In this document: piece by piece, positions 48,982-56,700 of the stretch | Position numbering within the stretch: position 1 is the stretch's first letter | How the letters are laid out: each line of letters begins with the position of its first letter | Assembly: GCA_036170915.1 (NCBI GenBank) | Contig: JAVHQC010000033.1 | Span: forward strand, 265,889 to 329,888 | Source of the DNA: Cyanobacteria bacterium auto_48_18 | GTDB taxonomy: Bacteria > Cyanobacteriota > Vampirovibrionia > Obscuribacterales > Obscuribacteraceae | DNA: 64,000 bases | Direction of reading: 5' to 3' | Translations under genes and position numbers: made by a program | The notes under the pieces: generated by a model | Database searches by the model: none | What the model saw: only the letters and a program-made list of their open reading frames with translations | Told to the model about the DNA's origin: nothing

Positions 48982-49058
48982 AAAAGCCTAAGGATTTTTA
49001 CAACCGATAAGTTGTATGGGTCTACAACCTAAGAGTTGTAAAATTTCTTAGCGTTTTT
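48982..49058. repeat. Nested inverted-repeat element between convergent dinG and usp
   Basis: About 24-bp imperfect terminal arms overlapping two TACAAC-N6-GTTGTA palindromes. Confidence 0.8.
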
Positions 49059-49098
49059 ATCGACGATACCTGGTGATGAGAACGCCCAGGCCGTAAGC

Positions 49099-49629
49099 CT
49101 AACTACCGAGCTCACCTTCACCAGGCGTGTCAGTATCCACAACTTCGCTTACAGCCTGACTGATGGCATGGTTATCGGTATCGGCACCCACAAGCGGCTC
49201 TCCACTACCATCATGCCGCACTAAACAGAGCGTGATTGGACAGTGATCTACCAGGTAATGAACAATCGGGTCGCGCTTCATCAAGAAGAATTGCCGGCCA
49301 CCAACGTTAGTGGTGCCCACATAAAGAATATTGGCATTTAACTCAATGGCTGTTTTAATAATGCCGCGCGCAACTTCGCCGACACGCACTACGCCTGAAG
49401 CTTTAATGCCTTGCTCTTGCAGAATTTTGACTGTCATATCAATTTGCAACTGAGCTTTGTCTTGAGGACGATCAGATGAAATCAGCTGCGCCACCACACC
49501 AACTTTTTCAGGGTCAGGCACGATGCGTAAAAGCACAATTTCTGCCCCTAAAGCTTTAGCTTGCCTGGCCGCCAGTTCGATGGTGCGTGCACTGCGTTTG
49601 GGAGAGCTGAACGCTACTGCGATGATCAT
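49099..49629 (-). CDS. Universal stress protein
   Basis: 'IIAVAFSSPKRSARTIELAARQAKALGAEIVLLRIV...VRVGEVARGIIKTAIELNANILYVG...CPITLCLV'. Confidence 0.85.
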   Translation of the reverse strand: MIIAVAFSSPKRSARTIELAARQAKALGAEIVLLRIVPDPEKVGVVAQLISSDRPQDKAQLQIDMTVKILQEQGIKASGVVRVGEVARGIIKTAIELNANILYVGTTNVGGRQFFLMKRDPIVHYLVDHCPITLCLVRHDGSGEPLVGADTDNHAISQAVSEVVDTDTPGEGELGS

Positions 49630-49648
49630 TTATTCTTCCAGCCTCCTT

Positions 49649-50704
49649 TTATGCGTGCCAAATGAATCTGAGAATGATGTAGCAGACTGCTGAAAGTGTT
49701 GCCGCCACCGGTAGTGTTAATACCCAGGCCAGCAAAATTAGCTTCATAGTTTTCGGATTTAGTTTATCTTTCCCGTGCACAGGAATAGTGCCGCCGGCTA
49801 CTGCCGAACTCAAAGTGTGGGTGGTGCTAATGGGCGCGCCAATGTGCGAAGCCAATAAAATAATTACAGCAGTACTCATGGATGCACCAAAGCCCTGTGA
49901 GTGACTGAGCTTTTCTCTACTAATTTTGGTGCCTACCGTGCGTATCACTCGCCAGCCGCCAATGATTGTTCCAAGAGCTATGGCTAGAGCAGCTGAGCCC
50001 ATCACCCAGCCTGGAACTGTATTGCTTTGATAACCGTAAGCTGCAAAATGAGTGGCTAGAATCAGAGTTATTAGCCCCATGGTTTTTTGACCATCATTAC
50101 TGCCATGCGAAAAGCTTACGGAAGCACTGGAGAAAATGTGTAACCAGCGCATCAGTGCATGCTGCTCAGCGGTTTTAGTAGAGTTAACGTCCCGCTCTTT
50201 TTCTTTTGAAATTTTGAGAGTCAGCCATGTAGTGATGAATCCGGCGGCAAAACCGAGTAGAGGCGAAATCAAAAGGGCCAGCACCACTTTTTCTAATTCA
50301 TGCCAGGAAACACCTGCACGCCAGTCGGCGCCCTTCACTACAGCAGCAGTGATACCTGCCCCGAACAAGCTGCCAATCAAGCAATGAGACGAGCTGACCG
50401 GAATACCGTACCACCATGTGATCAGGTTCCAGATCACAGCCGCCAGTAAAACTGCCACCACTATAGGTAGTGTCACAGAAGATTCTGGAATAATTTTGGT
50501 AATCACCTGGGCAACCGCTGTGCCCACCAAAAGCGCGCCTAGAAAGTTAAGGATGCCGCTCATAACGATAGCCACACCCGGCTTTAGCGCCTTGGTGTAA
50601 ATAACGGTGGCTACAGCATTGGCAGTATCGTGAAAGCCATTGACAAAATCAAAGGCGAGAGCTAAGCCTATTGCCAGCACTGCTATAACTGTTTCGGTTT
50701 CCAT
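49649..50704 (-). CDS. pit: Inorganic phosphate transporter (PiT family)
   Basis: 'NGFHDTANAVAT', 'GIPVSSSH', 'HGSNDGQKTMG', 'GAPISTTH'. Confidence 0.95.
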   Translation of the reverse strand: METETVIAVLAIGLALAFDFVNGFHDTANAVATVIYTKALKPGVAIVMSGILNFLGALLVGTAVAQVITKIIPESSVTLPIVVAVLLAAVIWNLITWWYGIPVSSSHCLIGSLFGAGITAAVVKGADWRAGVSWHELEKVVLALLISPLLGFAAGFITTWLTLKISKEKERDVNSTKTAEQHALMRWLHIFSSASVSFSHGSNDGQKTMGLITLILATHFAAYGYQSNTVPGWVMGSAALAIALGTIIGGWRVIRTVGTKISREKLSHSQGFGASMSTAVIILLASHIGAPISTTHTLSSAVAGGTIPVHGKDKLNPKTMKLILLAWVLTLPVAATLSAVCYIILRFIWHA

Positions 50705-50858
50705 CTAAATAATCTACTTTGTTAGCCTGATGACTGATATTGCTCGCGTTTTAGCAGGTGGAGGGTTAAGGACGTGTTAACGTCGTTAAATGACAGCCTT
50801 AAAAGTCGTTCAGAACTATAGCCTGATTAGGGCCAAATATAATTGTGGATTAAGGAGT

Positions 50859-51179
50859 TTAATAAGCGTGAGTAGACACGCCGGCTTCAACTGGCTCAAG
50901 CTCACTGGGGTCAGCGTAAACCCAAAGATCTCCCTGTCTCCACAGTAGTGGATGATGCACGAGATATCTATATACTAGAAGCTGACGAATGATACGACGA
51001 GCTGATGGATTTTGCTCACCGCGTCTGTCGTTAGCAAGGCGAGTACGTAGTTGAATCGCTTCGCGCTTAGTCCAGCAATAAGCCGGCCCAGGGTTATTGC
51101 CTCGTGAGCGACAAAGTATCGCTACTTTGCCCGAGGGTTGCTCCCAACCTAAAACATAATAATAATCTTGGTTCATCAC
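50859..51179 (-). CDS. Hypothetical protein
   Basis: 106-aa ORF filling the gap between pit and the GT9; no family recognised. Confidence 0.6.
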   Translation of the reverse strand: MMNQDYYYVLGWEQPSGKVAILCRSRGNNPGPAYCWTKREAIQLRTRLANDRRGEQNPSARRIIRQLLVYRYLVHHPLLWRQGDLWVYADPSELEPVEAGVSTHAY

Positions 51180-51235
51180 TGCTAATAATAAGTCAAATTC
51201 GAAATAAGTCTAGTGAACAGTAGCCAATAAAGGCC

Positions 51236-52411
51236 ATGGTTAGTATGGATTCAAGCAATCAATCTTTCGCCAATATAGTCATCTTTCATCCAGCCGCTAT
51301 CGGAGATGCTGTATTAGGTACACCTGTCGCTGCTACTTTAAGGCTAAATTTTCCCGGAGCAAAAATAACATATTGGAGCCATAGTTCTCTTCGCCCTTTG
51401 CTTCTCGGCCTCTGTCCATCCATTGATGAATTTGTGGATTTCAATAAAAAGATGGGGTTTTTTGCCCTGCGCAAACAATTGATTGCCTTGAGCCCTGACC
51501 TTTTTGTAGATTTGTCTAATTCATTTCGTGGTGAGTTTCTCTGCGGCTTTACCAAAATCAAATCGCTACATTACGCTAAGAATCGCAGTGATACAGCCAA
51601 TCAGCAACATGCTGTGGGCAACTTTTTAGAAACCATTCGCGAAATTTGCCCTGAAACTCCAGAGCGACTTTTCCCCACCATTTTCCCTGACGCTATCGCT
51701 GAAAAATTGGTGCCGGAATTAGCGGCGCAGCATCCATCACTTTATGAAGCAGCGCTAATCGGCCTCGTGCCTGGTGTCGGTAGTTTGCGCCCCCAGCGTG
51801 CGTGGATTTTTGACGGATGGGTTTATCTTGTTAGACATCTACTTGATCACCATGCGCATATACCGGTGCTGGTTGGTGGGCCTGAAGATTTTGAACTGGC
51901 GCAACGCATCAATATCGAAACCGGCTCCAAATGCATAAATTTGTGCGGTCAGCTCAAGCTTGATGAAACTGCGGCTATTCTCAAATGCTGCGATGTAGTT
52001 GTGAGCGGTGATACTGGTCCGGCCCACGTTGCAGTGGCAGTAGGCACGCCGGTAATTGGACTATATGGCGCTACATATCCAGCTCGCAGCGGACCTTATG
52101 GTTATTTCGATCAGATACTTGATCAAAGCGCCACTTGTCAGTGCATAGGTGAAAAGTGGTGTCGCTTAGCCGCGCCTGGTCAGCCTGGGGAGTGCATGGG
52201 GAGAATCATGCTACCTGAAGTCTTAGGAAAAGTAAGGCAGGCAATTGGTGCTAGCAAACAATTTACTGACGCAAGCTTTGACGAAGATGACACTTTGCCA
52301 ATTGGTGTTCAAGTAGACCCTGAGCTGATGCGTGAATTTGAAGAATATGCCAATCAGAGCAAAATGCGCCTGGTGGTAGAGGCCGAGAATGAGGATGGCG
52401 ATAAGGTCTAG
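51236..52411 (+). CDS. Glycosyltransferase family 9 (heptosyltransferase-like)
   Basis: 'AIGDAVLGTP', 'INLCGQLKLDETAAIL', 'SGDTGPAHVAVAVGTPVIGLYG'. Confidence 0.92.
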   Translation: MVSMDSSNQSFANIVIFHPAAIGDAVLGTPVAATLRLNFPGAKITYWSHSSLRPLLLGLCPSIDEFVDFNKKMGFFALRKQLIALSPDLFVDLSNSFRGEFLCGFTKIKSLHYAKNRSDTANQQHAVGNFLETIREICPETPERLFPTIFPDAIAEKLVPELAAQHPSLYEAALIGLVPGVGSLRPQRAWIFDGWVYLVRHLLDHHAHIPVLVGGPEDFELAQRINIETGSKCINLCGQLKLDETAAILKCCDVVVSGDTGPAHVAVAVGTPVIGLYGATYPARSGPYGYFDQILDQSATCQCIGEKWCRLAAPGQPGECMGRIMLPEVLGKVRQAIGASKQFTDASFDEDDTLPIGVQVDPELMREFEEYANQSKMRLVVEAENEDGDKV

Positions 52412-52422
52412 AGCGTAACTGG

Positions 52423-53481
52423 CTAGACGGCGTGTAGCATCATCTTCGTCTGCGCGTTTACTTGGCCAAGACGGATTTTTTCAATATGGTTGAAGTAAAC
52501 CATAGTGTAATTTTTCCAATTACGGCTGAAATCGCTCACCGAAAGCTCTTTTACTACATCTCTAGGAAGGTCAAGATTAACGGTGGCACTGCTGCCATCG
52601 GCATAGAGTGCGTGACGACGGGTAGCTTCCCTGCGCACCACATACGATGCGATGGTTTGCCACTTATTTTGATCGAACACTTGCAGTTTAATCATTAGAT
52701 CAGATTCGTTTTCCATTGATTCGAATTTCATCAGCCGGCAATAATGAGACAGTGATGTAATCTCAAGTGTTCCTTGCGAGAAGAAAAGCTCGTGGTCATC
52801 AGCCATTTCAGCCTGTCTTTGCTTTTCTTTTGTCACTATATGGTGCAAGCTGTTGTCTACATTCTGCATTGCAGGTATGCGATTTGCCACAGGTGGGCTC
52901 ATGTCAAAAGTTGACTGCGGTTGGCTTGTTTTGTGATCAGCTACCACGTGAAGGTAAGGAGCGGACGGTGCTTTAGGAGCATCAACGTATGATTGTTGTT
53001 TCTCAGCTTTATTTGTACCTTTAATGCTTTCGGAAACACTGTGGAATACAGGCTGATTGTTATTTATATCGCTTTTCTCAACTGCAACCGTGTGGTTTGC
53101 ACTTGCAGTTTTGCCACCATTGTTAGTGACTTTTGTGCTTCCTAATTCAAGATTATCTGAAGGCATCGCTGGGCGTGCATAGTGCGCCAGGTTGAATTTG
53201 ATGCGTGAAGTTTCAGTGAAAAAATGATCTTCGTATATCGACGCTTCTTCCAAGGTAGGTAAGAATAAAGATTGTGCCGGTGCTACAAATGCAAAAGTAT
53301 TAAAGCCGTCGCAACGAATTGGAATTTCACCTCTATTTATAGTGAAAATCAATTTGGCAAACCGCGCATCGCCGTACTCTTTTAGGGCGATGCTGGCCAA
53401 GCTCTGGCCGGCTTCGACTATGTGACGAATTCTGGTGCTTGGGTTTGGTGCACGTCTGCTTTTTGCTGCCATCTTCGACAT
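52423..53481 (-). CDS. LysM-like domain protein with an unnamed C-terminal domain
   Basis: N-terminal 'RHIVEAGQSLASIALKEYGDARFAKLIFTINR...SLFLP'; C-terminal domain homologous to that of 53713..58764. Confidence 0.8.
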   Translation of the reverse strand: MSKMAAKSRRAPNPSTRIRHIVEAGQSLASIALKEYGDARFAKLIFTINRGEIPIRCDGFNTFAFVAPAQSLFLPTLEEASIYEDHFFTETSRIKFNLAHYARPAMPSDNLELGSTKVTNNGGKTASANHTVAVEKSDINNNQPVFHSVSESIKGTNKAEKQQSYVDAPKAPSAPYLHVVADHKTSQPQSTFDMSPPVANRIPAMQNVDNSLHHIVTKEKQRQAEMADDHELFFSQGTLEITSLSHYCRLMKFESMENESDLMIKLQVFDQNKWQTIASYVVRREATRRHALYADGSSATVNLDLPRDVVKELSVSDFSRNWKNYTMVYFNHIEKIRLGQVNAQTKMMLHAV

Positions 53482-53626
53482 CGATATTAACCTGGTAAAT
53501 TGTTTGGGGCGATTGGAACGTGAGAGTATCTATGCCGGTTGAGCAATTTCTTGACAGCGCCAAAGATTAAATGCAAAAAGCTAGGCCCGCTTTTTTGCCG
53601 TCCCGACTACACCCTGGCATCGTACC

Positions 53627-53655
53627 TTGACATCCGGGCCGCCTACCCTTATATT
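53627..53655 (+). promoter_or_regulatory. Near-consensus sigma70 promoter for the 1683-aa gene
   Basis: TTGACA-N17-TATATT. Confidence 0.7.
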
Positions 53656-53712
53656 GAAGCTTCCGTGAGGCGGTATGTATCTTGCCTGCAGGATTTACTA
53701 GGAATATTTTGA

Positions 53713-56700
53713 ATGCCTAAAAATGCGGCTCCTGATGACGCTACTAACCAGAGTGCCGAGACGACCAAGGGCACCACTGGTGACGCGAATGTCAATACAA
53801 ATCTGCGCAAATCTGCTGGAGCTGCGGTAGCTGACAAAACCGCTCCCGTTGAAAGTTCTGGCAGTAGCACTCATGAATTATTGATGGACGCTTCTGGTAA
53901 AGAGGTTCTTCCTCGGGCAGGTACCGTTAACTCTACTGCACGTCAGTTTGAGGACGACGTCACTTCTGGCGGGGCTGTGCGGGTGCGTCCCAGCACTATG
54001 GATATCGATGGGAAGCCGGTTGCCGGAAGAAGTTATACACGTGAGGGCCAAGAATTTTTTGTGTCCACCGACGGCGATCAGCGCCGTAAATACACAGTAA
54101 CTCGTAGTGATGATGGCACTCCAACCCTCGAGCCTTTTAGAAGACAGCAACGTACTGATGGTGAAAATCCTTCAAATCGACGCAACGGTTTTGGTAACAA
54201 TGATGGCGACGGCAGGCCCAATGCTGATGGTAGGCCAAACAATCTAACTAGTGATGGCAGGCCACGGACAGAAGGCAGACCGACAACAGAAGGCAGACCA
54301 ACAACAGAAGGCAGGCCAACAACAGAAGGCAGACCAACAACAGAAGGCAGACCAACAGAAACTGATGTCCGGTCAAATAACGAAGGTCGCACGAGGATAG
54401 AAACGCCTACCAGAGTCGATCAAACCACAGTTAATCCCGAAGTCAGACTTGGTCAGCAACCATTGCAGAATGGCGGTAACGAAAGGCCTCTCCGGAACAC
54501 CACCATTATGGAAATCGATGGTAGGCAGGTTTCTGGTCGGAGCATTATTGCCCGCGACGGACAGGAAGTATTTATTGCTGCAGAAGGTAATCAACCGCGC
54601 CGGTTTAACGTTACCCGCGATGGTGATAATCCGCCGGTACTTGAGCCGAGACCGCGAAGAACGGAAGGGGATGGTAGACCACCTGGTCAACCTGAAAATA
54701 AACCTGAGACCAGGGTTGAAGTACGACCTGAGGTCAGACCTGAAGTACGACCTGAGGTGAAACCCGAGGTTAGAGCAGAAGTTCGTCCTGAAGTTAGGAC
54801 GACTCCGAGATTAGAAACAACGGCGGTTGTTCCTGAGGTAAGGCAGCCCGCCCCACTGGGCCTGCAGCCTGCCGAAGGCAGACGACCAGAACGAGTGACT
54901 TTGGAGATTGATGGCAGGCCCGTCACAGGCCGATTCTTCACGACACGCGATGGGCAAGAAATTTTTGCCACCAGAGAAGGCGAGGAGCGCCGACGATACA
55001 ATGTTGTCCGCGGCGAAGATGGTCAACCAGTTGACTTGAGGCGGATAGAGGGTCAGTTGCCGCGTCGCTCGGAGGGCGAGGGCGATGGCAAGCCTAATAA
55101 CAGACCAGAGATTAAGCCCGAAGTAGTTCGACCTGAGATTAAGCCTACCGGCGAGGTTAAGCCTGGGCAGCCGCTGATAGAGATTCCTAAACCAGGGCAA
55201 ATACCTGGTCAGCAAATACCAGGCCAGCAAGTCCCGATACCAAGAGTAGAAGTTCCGGGTTCAGTGTTACCCAAAGGTGAGCAGCCCGGTCAGCCGAGAA
55301 TTGATCAGCCAGGATTACCTCGCGGTGATCAACCAAGGGTTGATCTGCCAGGAATGCCGAAAGGAGATTTACCTGGTATGCCAAGGTTAGATCAGCCAGG
55401 CCAGCCCAGAGTTGATCAGCCAGGATTTCCACGCGGCGATCAACCCCGGGTCGATTTGCCGGGAATGCCAAAAGGCGAGATGCCGGTGGTTCCAAAAGGT
55501 GAGATGCCAGTGGTTCCGAAAGGTGACCTACCCGGACTGCCGAAGATAGATCAGGCAGGGTTGATCAAGCCTGGTGAAGGTGTGCAGGTTGGTGGCAAGG
55601 CCGCAGAAGTGGCAGCTCAGTTGGCCGCCATGGTAAAACCTGCTGACCAGGCGGGTCTGACCGTAAAGACTGCGCTTGACCAAGCCGGGCAAAATCTAAA
55701 ACCAGTTGATGTTCTTAACCTTAAACCCGGCGAGCAAGTCACCACTGCTGGTGTCAAGCCTGTCGATCTGACTTTAGCAGGCAAACCAATAGATACCGCT
55801 GTTAAAGTTGACCTAAATGCTCTAGGGAAATTAGGTGAAGAACTTAAGGGTGTAAACAAATCATTGCTGCAGACACCGCTAGACGGTAAGTTAGGCGCTG
55901 ACGGCTTAGCTGCAAAAGATCTGACAACTAAGAGTATCGTTAGTGAAGTTCGCGTTTTACCGACTCAGACAAATCAGGCAGTGCTGTCTGACATGGCTAA
56001 AGCGCTGGGTATCACAATCGACAGTAAAACAACGGACGGTAAGACAGTAACCACTGATGTAAGACTCGCTGAAGCAACCTTGAAAGCTGCATCAGAAGTG
56101 ACTAAGACGCCAGTGGCAGAAGCGGGCAAAATGTCTGTCGAATTGGGCACCAGAGGTGAGATTCGTTTAGAAGGCAGACAGCTTGATACCGTGCGCGCTG
56201 ATAACTTGCCGGTGCAAAAGCAAAATCCAACAAATGAATTATCTGGCGTCAAAGATGCACGCCCGGATGCTCTGACGAATACCAAGGCCGAACTTGTGGG
56301 TAAACTGGATCCGACTCGTGCCGAAAATCAGACTCAAAAAGTTGATGTCAACACAGGTTTAGTGCCTGGCCTTCCCGGAGGTCGAGTTGAAAGCGAGCGG
56401 GCTGTTAGAGCTGATCAGGTGCAAATTACTACTGACAAAGTTGATCCGAGCACTCTAGTTAAGACTGAAAAAGAAGTCGGCAGAGCTGATAGTGACACCA
56501 CCAGTAGTGCTGCTAAATTTGATGAGTTAATTGACAAGGCCAAAAAGCAGAAAGAGGATGACAGAGCTGACGAAGAAGAACTCCTGAATCAGCGCAGTGC
56601 TATGATGATGGCTTTGCTCGCGCAAAAGAAACAGCAGCAGGAACAGGAAGAGAAGGAATTTCAGTTGCGCCACGAAGATGCGAAGAAAAAGGGTGAAGAC

